IMG/VR virus record: IMGVR_UViG_3300012971_000010
Coordinates: 1 to 45,436 of that record
DNA from: a virus
Lineage: Duplodnaviria > Caudoviricetes
Length of the DNA: 45,436 bases
Direction: 5' to 3' (one strand)
The notes under the pieces were generated by a model that saw only the letters and a program-made list of their open reading frames with translations, did not search any database and was not told the DNA's origin. Positions within the stretch are counted from its first letter, which is position 1; every line of letters starts with the position of its first letter. A program made the position numbers and the translations under genes. This document shows positions 25,880-35,295 of this stretch, piece by piece.

Positions 25880-27255
25880 AAGACGACCGGATCGCGCCGC
25901 ACGATCTCGACGCCGAAGCCGCCGTGCTTTCGGCGATCATGCTGAACAGGGAAGCGCTCGATCGCGTGCTCGACATCTGTCGACCGGATTACTTTTACGC
26001 CGACGCCAATCGGCGCATTTGCGAAACCGTCTTCGAGCTCGCCGCGAAGGGAAGCCCGGTCGATGTCGTGACCGTCGCGGGGGGATTGCGAGATCGTGAG
26101 CGGCTCGCGCAAGTCGGCGGCGCGGCATACCTTGCGACGCTCGTCGACGCCGTGCCCGCCGTGGCTCACGTCGAGGCTTACGCGCAAAGGGTCCGCGAAA
26201 AGTGGCGCCTTAGGCAATTAGCAAACACGTGCACGCGAATCGTCGCGGAAACGTACGGGCCGATCGACGACGCGCAAAGTTTCATCGACCGAAGCGAGCA
26301 AGATATCTTTTCAATCGCGCAACGCGACGAGCGAAGAGACATTGCGCCGATCGGCGACGTCATGCGCGAAAGCCATCGGCGCATGCTAGCGAATGAAGCT
26401 CGCGCCGCGGGTATTGTCGAATTACCGACGGGGCTTGACGTGCTCGATCGCAAAATCGGCGGGCTCGGGCGCGGGTGCGTGACCGTGATCGCCGCCCGCC
26501 CGGGTATGGGAAAAACGGCGCTTGCGACGTCGATTGCTGCCCGCGTGGCTCGCGAAGAGGTCGGGTCGGTTGCGATCTTTTCGCTCGAAATGCCTCGCGA
26601 TCAATTGGGAATGCGAATGGCGTGCGCCGAAGCAGGGGCGAGCGTCAAGCGTGGAATCAAGGGGCGTTTGCATGACGACGAGCGTATCCGGGTCTTACGT
26701 GCAAAAGACTCGCTTCGCAATTTGCCGATCTGGATCGACGACACGCCCGGCTCGTCGATCATGCAAATCCGATCGCGCTCTCGCGTCGTCGTCGCACGGT
26801 CGGCGCAAGGGCTCGCGCTTATCGTGATCGATTACTTGCAGCTAATGCGCGGGCGCCGCGACTCGAGCCGTACTCGAGATCAAGAGCTTTCGGAAATCAC
26901 GGGCGCGCTTAAAGAGCTCGCGAAAGAGCTCGGGTGCGCCGTGCTCTTGCTTTCCCAGCTAAACCGCCAATGCGAAGACGAGAAAGACAAGCGCCCGCAC
27001 CTTCGACACCTTCGCGAATCGGGCGGGATCGAGCAAGATGCCGACGACGTCGTATTTGTTTATCGCGATGAATATTACAACCCGCCGAAGCCTGATGAAA
27101 AAAAGAGAGACGAAGAGACGGGGATCGCTGAGCTCATCATTGCGAAGCAACGCAACGGGCCGACGGGCACCGTCAAAGTCAAGTTTTACGGGCGTTCAAC
27201 GTCATTCGACAACCTACCGACCATCTCACAACCGACTAACGACGAAGAGGATTAG
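25876..27255 (+). CDS. dnaB: Replicative DNA helicase
   Basis: PHDLDAEAAVL, AARPGMGKT, FSLEM, IDYLQL, LSQLNR, LRESGGIEQDAD, KQRNGPTG. Confidence 0.97.
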   Translation: MKDDRIAPHDLDAEAAVLSAIMLNREALDRVLDICRPDYFYADANRRICETVFELAAKGSPVDVVTVAGGLRDRERLAQVGGAAYLATLVDAVPAVAHVEAYAQRVREKWRLRQLANTCTRIVAETYGPIDDAQSFIDRSEQDIFSIAQRDERRDIAPIGDVMRESHRRMLANEARAAGIVELPTGLDVLDRKIGGLGRGCVTVIAARPGMGKTALATSIAARVAREEVGSVAIFSLEMPRDQLGMRMACAEAGASVKRGIKGRLHDDERIRVLRAKDSLRNLPIWIDDTPGSSIMQIRSRSRVVVARSAQGLALIVIDYLQLMRGRRDSSRTRDQELSEITGALKELAKELGCAVLLLSQLNRQCEDEKDKRPHLRHLRESGGIEQDADDVVFVYRDEYYNPPKPDEKKRDEETGIAELIIAKQRNGPTGTVKVKFYGRSTSFDNLPTISQPTNDEED

Positions 27256-27259
27256 AAAA

Positions 27260-27721
27260 ATGGGCGATCTCTTTCAGACTGAAAAGAAGCCGATAACCGA
27301 AGCCGACCGGATCCGACTCGGCGCCGATCTGGCCGTTGTCGATCGAGCTCTAATCGAGCTTAAGGCGGAAAAGACCGACGTTTCCCGAGCGTACCGCGTG
27401 AAGATTCGGAAGCTCGAAGACGAGAGCGACACGCTATCGCGCCAATTGGCCGATGGCGTCGTCGAGAATACTTTCGAAGTCGAGGAAGTGCCCGACGACG
27501 CTCGGCAAGTCATGACGATTTTACGGGCCGAGACCAAAGAGCTTCTCGAGACGCGCCGTTTCAACGAAGCCGAGAAGGAAGCCTCGCGCCGTCGCCGCCA
27601 AGGCGAGCTCTTCGAGGGCGACGGCGACGGAAGCGTTGCAACGCCGACCAAGCTTCGATCGGTGCCGAAGCCGACGGGCAGACCCCGCGGGCGCCCGCGC
27701 AAAACCGCAAAGCCCTCATGA
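27260..27721 (+). CDS. Coiled-coil hypothetical protein with AT-hook-like tail
   Basis: GAGGA RBS; RQGELF; GRPRGRPRK. Confidence 0.7.
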   Translation: MGDLFQTEKKPITEADRIRLGADLAVVDRALIELKAEKTDVSRAYRVKIRKLEDESDTLSRQLADGVVENTFEVEEVPDDARQVMTILRAETKELLETRRFNEAEKEASRRRRQGELFEGDGDGSVATPTKLRSVPKPTGRPRGRPRKTAKPS

Positions 27722-27996
27722 AAGCGCCGCTTCTCGAATTGTCGGTATGCGCGGGTTGCGCGGCGCCGATCGTTTGGTGCGAGACGTCGACGGGCGTACA
27801 AATGCCCGTCGACGCCGTCGCCGTCCCCGACGGGAATCTAGTTCTATACCCGGGCAAAAGACTCTGTGCGCTCGCCCTGGTCGTGTCGGCGAAGCTTAAG
27901 CCGCCGTCGGACATGCCGCGGTATCGGTCCCATTTCGCAACGTGCCCGAAAGCGTCGAGCTTTCGCACGGCGCCGCGAAAGAGGCGGGCCCGATGA
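27718..27996 (+). CDS. Zn-finger hypothetical protein
   Basis: CAGCAAPIVW...MPVD...GN...SHFATCP. Confidence 0.75.
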   Translation: MKAPLLELSVCAGCAAPIVWCETSTGVQMPVDAVAVPDGNLVLYPGKRLCALALVVSAKLKPPSDMPRYRSHFATCPKASSFRTAPRKRRAR

Positions 27997-28343
27997 AGGT
28001 TCGAGCGCTCGTCGTTGCGGCGTGGATTGTTTCCCAGCTAGGGCTAAACGCGTTGCTTTGCCTTGCGTACGAGCCTAAGGGGACGCTCGTCTTCCCCCTC
28101 GTCTGCATTCTCGCGGTCAATATGTATACGTCGGTCGCGGGCTGGGAAATGGCGCAAGGGCGGGCGTTCTTTTTCGCGAAGCGCTCGCCGCCGCCGCCGC
28201 CGCTTCCCGCGACGCTCTTCGTAAAGCGAATGAAAGACCACGCGGGCGAATGGTACTCGGCATGGACGGAAGCCGACGTCGCCGGAAAGGACGTCGGGAT
28301 CTATCGCTTTAAGGGAATGAGGGCGAGCCGTGCGCATATGTGA
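27993..28343 (+). CDS. Two-TM membrane protein
   Basis: Two hydrophobic segments; ATGA start. Confidence 0.55.
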   Translation: MKVRALVVAAWIVSQLGLNALLCLAYEPKGTLVFPLVCILAVNMYTSVAGWEMAQGRAFFFAKRSPPPPPLPATLFVKRMKDHAGEWYSAWTEADVAGKDVGIYRFKGMRASRAHM

Positions 28344-28887
28344 TCTCCATTGGGGCGAGCTTCGGCAAGCCATCGACGCCCGCGGGCTCTCGGCTTTCGT
28401 CGCAAACGATCAAGCGGAAGCCGAAGCGCGGGTGCGAAACGTGATCGCCTCGAAGGTCGGCGCCGACCGGGAAAGCTTCGAGCCGCTTCTAGGCGCGATG
28501 TTTTCGATCGCAAATAACGCCCTTCATCAATTCGGAATGAGCGCGGCGATCGTCGGCGAGCGGTGCCCGCTTTGCTCGCTCGCGACTTGGTGGATTGAAA
28601 GGGCGAGCCGCGAGCAACTAGACACGGCCCGGCGCCTCGGGCTCGTGCCGCCGATCACGCAAAGGGGCGGCGCCATCGCCCCGCCCGCGCCCGTCGAAGG
28701 CTCGTTCGAGCTCGTGCCCGAGTCGGTGCCGCCGTCGATCAAGCCCGCGAGCTCGCGCCCGGCGCCGATGTCGAGCCCGCCGATGTCACGCCCGGCGCCC
28801 TTCACGCCCCCTCGCCCGGGCCCGCCGAGCTCGCGCCCGATCCCGCCCCTGCCCGACCCGCCGTCGAAGCCGAGGTCGACCCGATGA
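28330..28887 (+). CDS. Hypothetical protein with Pro-rich tail
   Basis: C..HW..LR.AI..RGL...FEPL...CPLC. Confidence 0.65.
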   Translation: MRICDLHWGELRQAIDARGLSAFVANDQAEAEARVRNVIASKVGADRESFEPLLGAMFSIANNALHQFGMSAAIVGERCPLCSLATWWIERASREQLDTARRLGLVPPITQRGGAIAPPAPVEGSFELVPESVPPSIKPASSRPAPMSSPPMSRPAPFTPPRPGPPSSRPIPPLPDPPSKPRSTR

Positions 28888-29573
28888 TGGTCCTAGGGAT
28901 CGACCCGGGCCCGACCCGCTCGGGCTGGGCTTTGCTCGATTTCACGATCCCGAGCTCGCCCGTCTACTTTGCCGCGGGCTTGACCGAAAGCCCGCTCGGG
29001 CTCTTTCGCGAGCTCGACGACGCGGGCCATGGGGATCGCTTGCGGCTCGTCGCCGTCGAGCAATCCCGCGGCAGGGTCGACCCCTTGCGCGTCGCCGCCG
29101 TGCTCTTGACCGTTTGGACGGGCGGGCGTTTCATCGGGATCGCCGAATCCCGCTCGCTCGAAGCGGTCGCCCTCGGCGTGACCGAATGGCGAAACGCCCT
29201 GATAGGCACGCCCCGACGGGGCGACGACATCGACGAGAACGTTGCGGCTTTCCTACGGCGCTTCGTGCGCCATTGGCCCGCACGCTCGAACGTGCACGTG
29301 CGAGACGCGGCGGGCGTGGCTTGTGTCGCCGTGCGCTCATGGCGTAAGCCTGCTTGCGCGCAATATGGATCCCCCCGAAGGCTCGAGCCCGATAGGTCAC
29401 TACGCAACCCGCATGCCGATCCGTTGTCAATACAAAACGCACATTACGAGCAATCGGGGCCATTTGAGGAAAGGGGCGACCTTCTCGAGAGCGCGGGCGA
29501 TATTGCGCGAGATTGCCCGCAAAAGCCTACAGAACAGTTGGGGGCGCGCCAAGGCCGCGGGGAGAGTCCCTGA
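28884..29573 (+). CDS. RuvC-like Holliday junction resolvase
   Basis: VLGIDPG..RSGWA, VAVEQ, H.RDAAGVA; last ~75 aa look like an unstructured extension. Confidence 0.8.
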   Translation: MMVLGIDPGPTRSGWALLDFTIPSSPVYFAAGLTESPLGLFRELDDAGHGDRLRLVAVEQSRGRVDPLRVAAVLLTVWTGGRFIGIAESRSLEAVALGVTEWRNALIGTPRRGDDIDENVAAFLRRFVRHWPARSNVHVRDAAGVACVAVRSWRKPACAQYGSPRRLEPDRSLRNPHADPLSIQNAHYEQSGPFEERGDLLESAGDIARDCPQKPTEQLGARQGRGESP

Positions 29574-29660
29574 TTTTTCGGCACTGTAATTTTAGGGCCC
29601 TTATGACGCCAGCATATTTCGTAAAACACTTTTGGCGTAATTCGAGGTAGAGGTCGGCCG

Positions 29661-30230
29661 ATGACCGTCGACGAGAACGGGAACGGCAAGAGCCGACCAG
29701 GGCGAAGCCGCGGGGCGATCATGCTCGCGAGCGTCGGGCAGACCAACGAAGCCATGGCGTCCATGGCCATGCTCGATCAATCCCTGATTTCCCGGTATCA
29801 AACGGGCGGGCGGCGCCCGGGCCCGGCGAACCGAGCTCTTTTCCGCCGCCTATGGGAAATCCCCGAAGAGGCATGGGACGAGCCCGCAACGGCGCCACGA
29901 TCGGCCGAGCCGCGCCCGCCGCCGCCCGCCGAGGGCTGGACGGTCCTAAGCCGCGCAACGCGTTTACGGGCCATTCTCGACAGAAGCATCGACCAGGTCG
30001 AGAGCGACCCGACACTAACGGCGCTTGAACGTTCGAGGCTTACACGTCAAGCGGCGGGAATGCTGGTCGAGCTCGGGAAGCTAACCGGCGAAACGACGGA
30101 AGTCGACGAGCGCAAGATTATGCGGCTTCCCGCGTGGCGCCGGATCGAAGACGTGATCGCCGAGTCGCTTAAGCCATGGCCCGAGGCGATGGCGACCCTA
30201 GCGCGGGCGCTCGACGAGCTCGCCGAGTAA
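29661..30230 (+). CDS. Putative terminase small subunit with N-terminal HTH
   Basis: Immediately upstream of TerL; DQSLISRYQTGGRRP HTH and helical C-terminus. Confidence 0.55.
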   Translation: MTVDENGNGKSRPGRSRGAIMLASVGQTNEAMASMAMLDQSLISRYQTGGRRPGPANRALFRRLWEIPEEAWDEPATAPRSAEPRPPPPAEGWTVLSRATRLRAILDRSIDQVESDPTLTALERSRLTRQAAGMLVELGKLTGETTEVDERKIMRLPAWRRIEDVIAESLKPWPEAMATLARALDELAE

Positions 30231-30246
30231 CGGCCAAGGGGGACCA

Positions 30247-31914
30247 TTGACGACACCGATCGCGCATGAGGTCGAGCGTAGACGGGGCCCGAGGCGGCGC
30301 CCGCGGTCGTTTGCCGAATCGCTCGCGGCGCGGCTTCGCGCGGGCACGGCGTCGACGGTCGGCGCGGCGGGCGACGGGGAAACGATCGCTTGGCCGTCGC
30401 CCCGATGGCGAGAAGATCCCCTCGCATTTTTCCGCAACGTGCTCGGCGTCGAGCCGTGGAGTCGGCAGGAAGAGATCATCGATCTCGCAAAGAACCATAG
30501 GCGGGTCGCCGTGGCGTCGGGAAACAAGATCGGAAAATCGGTAACGGCCGTCGGGCTCGCGCTATGGTTTTATTCGAGCTACGAAGACGCCCGCGTAATC
30601 TTTTCCTCGACGACGTCGAGGCAAGTCGACGCGATTCTTTGGCGCGAATTGCGAATGGTCCTTTATCGCTCGGGCCGTTGCGTCGATTGCAAACGGAAAG
30701 ACCCGCTAGGGACGTCGATCCCCCGCCCGTGCCCCCATTCGGCGATCATCGACGGGCACGTTAACGATCTCGCTCGAAGCGGCATGCGATCGAACAATTT
30801 CCGCGAGATCGTCGGCTTTACGGCTCGAGAAGCGGAAGCGGTCGCCGGAATTAGCGGGAAAAACCTGTTTTATATCGTCGACGAGGCTTCGGGCGTGCCC
30901 GATCTGATTTTCGAAGCGATCGAAGGCAATCGCGCGGGCGGGGCGCGCATTATCATGTTTTCTAACCCGACTCGGAACGAGGGCGAGTTTTTCGAAGCCT
31001 TCCATACCAAGGCCGACTTTTACAAAACGCTCTCGATTTCGAGCGAGGAAAACCCGAATTACCAAAGTCGGCGCGAGATCATTCCAGGGCTGGCGACTCA
31101 TGAATGGATCGAGGAAAAGCGGCAAGAATGGGGCGAAGATAATCCTTGGTGGAAGGTTCGCGTCCTAGGACAGTTTGCGACGAGCGAAGAGCGGAAGATC
31201 CTATCGATTCACGCCATAAGACAAGCGGAAGAGCGATGGCCCGACGCTTCCGATAAGGGGCGACTCTTTATCGGGCTCGATCCGTCGGGCCCGGGCGGTC
31301 TCGGCGATGAAAGCGTGTTTTGCGTGCGGCGAAATCTGAAAGTCTTACAGCTTTACGCCATGCGCGGGCTAACCGAAGACGCGCATTTGCAGCATTTGCT
31401 AGGGATCTTGAGCGTGCATCGTCTGCCACGCGAGGAAGCGCCCGTGCTCGTGCTCGACCGGGAAGGTTCGATCGGTTCTCGCGTCTTCGGGTTACTTCGA
31501 GCGTATGCCGACACGCACGAGGGGGAATTTGTCGTCGTTGGCGTGCGGTCGAGCGATCGGGCTTCCCGCGAGCGTGAGAATTACGATCGGGTGCGCGATG
31601 AGCTCTTCGCAAACTTGCACGACTGGATCGTGAAAAGCGGCGGCGCAATTCCCGAGGATACGAGGCTAGAGCGCGAGCTTCACGCCGCGGAATGGATCGA
31701 CCAAGCGAACGGTCGAAGGAAAGCCACGCCGAAAAGCGAATTGCGTAAAGCTCTAGGTCGCTCGCCAGATCGCGCCGATGCCGTTGCGCTTAGCGTATGG
31801 GAAACCGCCGACACTCGAGCCGACTCGGGCGATTCTCCACAGGAAACCGCAACCGAGCCCGATCGATATCCGCGACTCGACCCGTACGCCGGAATGGAGA
31901 CTTGGCGCCGTTGA
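30247..31914 (+). CDS. terL: Terminase large subunit
   Basis: Walker A SGNKIGKS, Walker B IVDEASG, SNPT, RVLGQF, IGLDPSG, SPDRADA. Confidence 0.95.
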   Translation: MTTPIAHEVERRRGPRRRPRSFAESLAARLRAGTASTVGAAGDGETIAWPSPRWREDPLAFFRNVLGVEPWSRQEEIIDLAKNHRRVAVASGNKIGKSVTAVGLALWFYSSYEDARVIFSSTTSRQVDAILWRELRMVLYRSGRCVDCKRKDPLGTSIPRPCPHSAIIDGHVNDLARSGMRSNNFREIVGFTAREAEAVAGISGKNLFYIVDEASGVPDLIFEAIEGNRAGGARIIMFSNPTRNEGEFFEAFHTKADFYKTLSISSEENPNYQSRREIIPGLATHEWIEEKRQEWGEDNPWWKVRVLGQFATSEERKILSIHAIRQAEERWPDASDKGRLFIGLDPSGPGGLGDESVFCVRRNLKVLQLYAMRGLTEDAHLQHLLGILSVHRLPREEAPVLVLDREGSIGSRVFGLLRAYADTHEGEFVVVGVRSSDRASRERENYDRVRDELFANLHDWIVKSGGAIPEDTRLERELHAAEWIDQANGRRKATPKSELRKALGRSPDRADAVALSVWETADTRADSGDSPQETATEPDRYPRLDPYAGMETWRR

Positions 31915-31981
31915 TTTAATTTATTGTGACACTCTGTGACGTTGACGACCGCTCGCGTCGCGTGGTTTCCGTCAAAATGAA

Positions 31982-33361
31982 ATGGCGGGATTGGTCGACA
32001 CGATTGCGGCGCTCTTAGGCGTTTCGACATACACGAAGCCGAAGGCGAGCGGCCCCGATATCGACGATCCCCAAGTCGTCAAGATCCGCGAATCGTTCGG
32101 CGGGCAATTGTCGCCCCTGCCCTCGACGCAAACACGCTGGTACCTTGCCGACCTCGAAAGCGCGCAATTTGCGGCCGATTCGGGCGACCTTTCACAGGTC
32201 GGTCGGCTTTGCCGTGCAATGCGAAGGGATGGAACGCTCGCGGGGCTTCTCTCCACGCGCACGAGCGGGCTCGTACGCTTGCCGAAGCGCTTTTACGGTC
32301 GAGCCGACATCGTCGACGCGTTGCAATCGAAAAACGGATCCCGCTCGGTTTTCGACGAAATGTTCCCCCCGTCGGAAATCGGATTGCTTGCAGCCGACGG
32401 GATCTTGGCGGGCGTCGGCGTCGGCGAGCTCGTCGCGGTCAAGGGGCGCGATTTCCCCGTGTTCATTCGCCTTGACCCCGAATGGCTTCGCTATCGTTGG
32501 CAAGAAAATCGATGGTACTACAATTCGATCGCAGGCCCGCTTCCCATTACGCCCGGCGACGGCCGATGGATTCTCCATACGCCGGGCGGGCGGATGGCCC
32601 CATGGCAGACCGGGCTTTGGCCAGCGCTCGGGCGCGCATGGGTTAACAAAGAACACGCCATGCTCCATCGGAGCAATTACGGCGCAAAGCTCGCGAATCC
32701 GGCTCGAGCCGCCGTCGCCCCGCTCGGTGCTACCGAGAATCAACGGCGCGGATTTCTCGAACGTGTGATCGCATGGGGGATCAATACCGTTTTCGAATTG
32801 CCGCCCGGTTGGGACGTCAAGCTTATTGAATTGAAGGGCGAGGGCTATAAGGTTTTTGCCGAGGATATTCAGACCAGCGATCTCGAGTACATGATCGCGC
32901 TCGCCGGGCAAATCGTGACCGTTACGGGCGGCGCCGGTTTCGCCAATGCCGACATTCACAAGTCGATCCGCGGCGACTTGATCAAGGATACCGCCGACGG
33001 GCTCTCGTACACCTTGAACACGCAAGGGATCCCGACCTTCATCGTCGAGCGGTACGGCGCCGAAGCGCTCGACGAGGGCGCGATCGTCGAATGGGACGTA
33101 ACGCCCCCCGCCGACCAGAAAGCCGAAGCCGATTCGCTTACGTCGGTCTCGCAAGCGATCCAAGGGCTCGGTGCCGCGCTCACGCCGTACGGGATCGCGC
33201 TCGACGTGCCGCAACTTCTCGCCCGCTTCGGCGTGCCCGTCTCGGGCGACGTCGACGGGGACGGTACGCCCGACGCCGTGCCGCAAATCTCGCCGCCGCC
33301 CGCGGCGCCGCCCCCTGCCGCGCCGCCGCCGCCCGCGAACGATCAAGAGGTCGCGGCATGA
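31982..33361 (+). CDS. Portal protein (Mu gp29/DUF935-like)
   Basis: Position after TerL; RDG.LAG.L.TR, GL...L...W..K, LAGQ..T.....G.A....H pattern. Confidence 0.8.
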   Translation: MAGLVDTIAALLGVSTYTKPKASGPDIDDPQVVKIRESFGGQLSPLPSTQTRWYLADLESAQFAADSGDLSQVGRLCRAMRRDGTLAGLLSTRTSGLVRLPKRFYGRADIVDALQSKNGSRSVFDEMFPPSEIGLLAADGILAGVGVGELVAVKGRDFPVFIRLDPEWLRYRWQENRWYYNSIAGPLPITPGDGRWILHTPGGRMAPWQTGLWPALGRAWVNKEHAMLHRSNYGAKLANPARAAVAPLGATENQRRGFLERVIAWGINTVFELPPGWDVKLIELKGEGYKVFAEDIQTSDLEYMIALAGQIVTVTGGAGFANADIHKSIRGDLIKDTADGLSYTLNTQGIPTFIVERYGAEALDEGAIVEWDVTPPADQKAEADSLTSVSQAIQGLGAALTPYGIALDVPQLLARFGVPVSGDVDGDGTPDAVPQISPPPAAPPPAAPPPPANDQEVAA

Positions 33362-35295
33362 CGATTCTAGCCTATTCGCCCGACCAGCCTCGGGCCGATG
33401 ATGGCAAATTCGGCGAGGGCCCGGGCTCGGGCGGCTCGGGCGATAAAGGCAAGGGAAAGAGCAAGGGCGCGGGCGTCGTCGAAGAGGGCAAACACGTAAA
33501 AGAGCTTTACGTAAAGAACGTCCCCGCGAAAGAAGTAAAGTCGATTTTGCAAGGCGCCGCAAAGCCGGAAATTAAAGAGCAACTAGCGGCGCACCCGCTA
33601 AACGTTTTAAGCGTTACCGACGGCAAGGGCGGCGCCTTCGAAAAAGGGCTTGGGGGATATTACAACGCACGGGCCGACGGGCGCGGCTCAGTCGTTATCA
33701 ATGCAAATCCGCTCGTCGTCGACGCCGAGCTAGGTAAGGGGAAAATCGGCGGGCGCCCGTTCGGTTATGGATACGCCGACGCGGAACCGGCCCACATTGC
33801 CTATATGGCAAAGAACAAAGACGAATTTAAGCAACGCGTTTTGACGCATGAGATCGGGCATCACATGCACGGCGGCGACACGCATCCCGATCCGACGGCC
33901 GACGCAATTGTGCAAAAGGCGTTCAAGGAAGGTAAGCCCGTAAGCGAGTACGGGCGCAAAAACCCGAGCGAATACTTTGCCGAATCGTATTCGGCCTATC
34001 ACTACCATCGAGACGATCTTAAGATGCACGACCCCGTCGGGTATCAAATGGTCGAAGACGTTGCGGCCTATCGTCTTGGCAAGGGTAAGACGAGCCGGGC
34101 GATCGGTGTCACGACCGCGACCTTTGATCTTCGCGCTCTCGAGCCCGCCGCCGTCGAGCGCGGGCCGGGCGGCGCGCCCGTCGCTTTCCGCATTTGGCCC
34201 GCGGGGAAGACGATGACCGATAAGGGCCCGCAATTTTTTACCGAGCGCTCGGCCGCTCTTTTGATGGCTGAACAGACCGCCCGTCAAAACCTCTTTTCAA
34301 TCGACGTCGACCATCTGTCGTTAAACGAAGTGGCGCCGCCCGAAGCACGCAAGGCGGTCGGCTGGCACAAACTCGCCGTGCGCCGCGACGCGAGCGGGGC
34401 GCCCGAGCTTTGGGCGGTCGAAGCCGAATGGACCGACGTCGCAAGCCAAGGGCTCGCGAAAGAGCCGCCCGAATGGCGCTACTTCTCGCCCGCGTATCAA
34501 GTCGATCCGAAAACACGTGAAGTCGTTTCCTATTTAAATACGGCGCTAACCAATATCCCCGCGACATGGGGGGTAACCGCGCTCGCTTCGAGCCCGCAAA
34601 GGGGGTCGGTCGTCATGACAAAACGAGAAATGATCGCAATGTTCAAGAAAATGTCGGAAGGCGATTCGCCCGAAGCGAAAGCATGCGGGCTCGTCGTCTC
34701 TATGCTCGAGTCGGGTACCATGCCGAGCGAAGAGCCCGACGGGGACGAGCCGCCGCCGCACGAAGAGCCCGACGGCGACGAAGCCAACCGACCCGCGCCC
34801 GCGGCGCCGCCCGCGGAAACGTCTCGAGCCGCGAGCCGCACGCCCGCGGCGCCGGGCGTCGATCCCGAGCTCGGAAAGCTTTTGGCTCGGGTGCAAGAGC
34901 TCGAAACCCGCGAAGCAAAGCGGCTCGAAGACGACGAGCGGGCGAAGCTCATGGCGACGCGCCCGGATCTTAAGGGCGCCGTTCGAGCGGTCGTCGAGAA
35001 GCTTCCGCTAGCGCACATTAAAGAGCTCTTGCCGACCCTGCCTAAGGGGCCCGAGGTCGACCCCGCGGCGGCGGCGCAAGCGACCGCGACCCGCGGCGCC
35101 GGGCAGTCGAACACCGAGCGCGGCGTGCGGTCATCGCCCGAGCAAAAGGCTTCGATCGACGCCCGCATGGGACTTGCCGCGAAAGGGCCCGCGATCAAGC
35201 GCGAGGGGAATCACGTCCTTTTCGGCGTCATGACGCCGAAGGAAGCACAAACCGAGCTCGCAAAGCGTGAGAACGCGCAAGGGGGTAGCCAATGA
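33358..35295 (+). CDS. Fusion: HExxH metallopeptidase + Mu I-like prohead protease + scaffold
   Basis: ATGA start with AAGAGG; HEIGHH and SEYFAESY; then IDVDH, AVGW, EWT, RYFSPAY, ALTNIPA; acidic/coiled-coil tail. Confidence 0.85.
   Translation: MTILAYSPDQPRADDGKFGEGPGSGGSGDKGKGKSKGAGVVEEGKHVKELYVKNVPAKEVKSILQGAAKPEIKEQLAAHPLNVLSVTDGKGGAFEKGLGGYYNARADGRGSVVINANPLVVDAELGKGKIGGRPFGYGYADAEPAHIAYMAKNKDEFKQRVLTHEIGHHMHGGDTHPDPTADAIVQKAFKEGKPVSEYGRKNPSEYFAESYSAYHYHRDDLKMHDPVGYQMVEDVAAYRLGKGKTSRAIGVTTATFDLRALEPAAVERGPGGAPVAFRIWPAGKTMTDKGPQFFTERSAALLMAEQTARQNLFSIDVDHLSLNEVAPPEARKAVGWHKLAVRRDASGAPELWAVEAEWTDVASQGLAKEPPEWRYFSPAYQVDPKTREVVSYLNTALTNIPATWGVTALASSPQRGSVVMTKREMIAMFKKMSEGDSPEAKACGLVVSMLESGTMPSEEPDGDEPPPHEEPDGDEANRPAPAAPPAETSRAASRTPAAPGVDPELGKLLARVQELETREAKRLEDDERAKLMATRPDLKGAVRAVVEKLPLAHIKELLPTLPKGPEVDPAAAAQATATRGAGQSNTERGVRSSPEQKASIDARMGLAAKGPAIKREGNHVLFGVMTPKEAQTELAKRENAQGGSQ

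Noticed and set aside
33091-33357. ORF-track N-terminal extensions (also 23181, 24557, 25699, 42824)
   Set aside because: They overlap upstream genes; coupled or RBS-supported starts at 33358, 23295, 24890, 25876 and 43145 fit better
32192-33562. Long antisense and alternative-frame ORFs (this 456-aa one, 35692-36639 and many Arg-rich ORFs)
   Set aside because: Shadow frames of real genes in high-GC DNA; Arg/Pro-rich with no motifs or RBS
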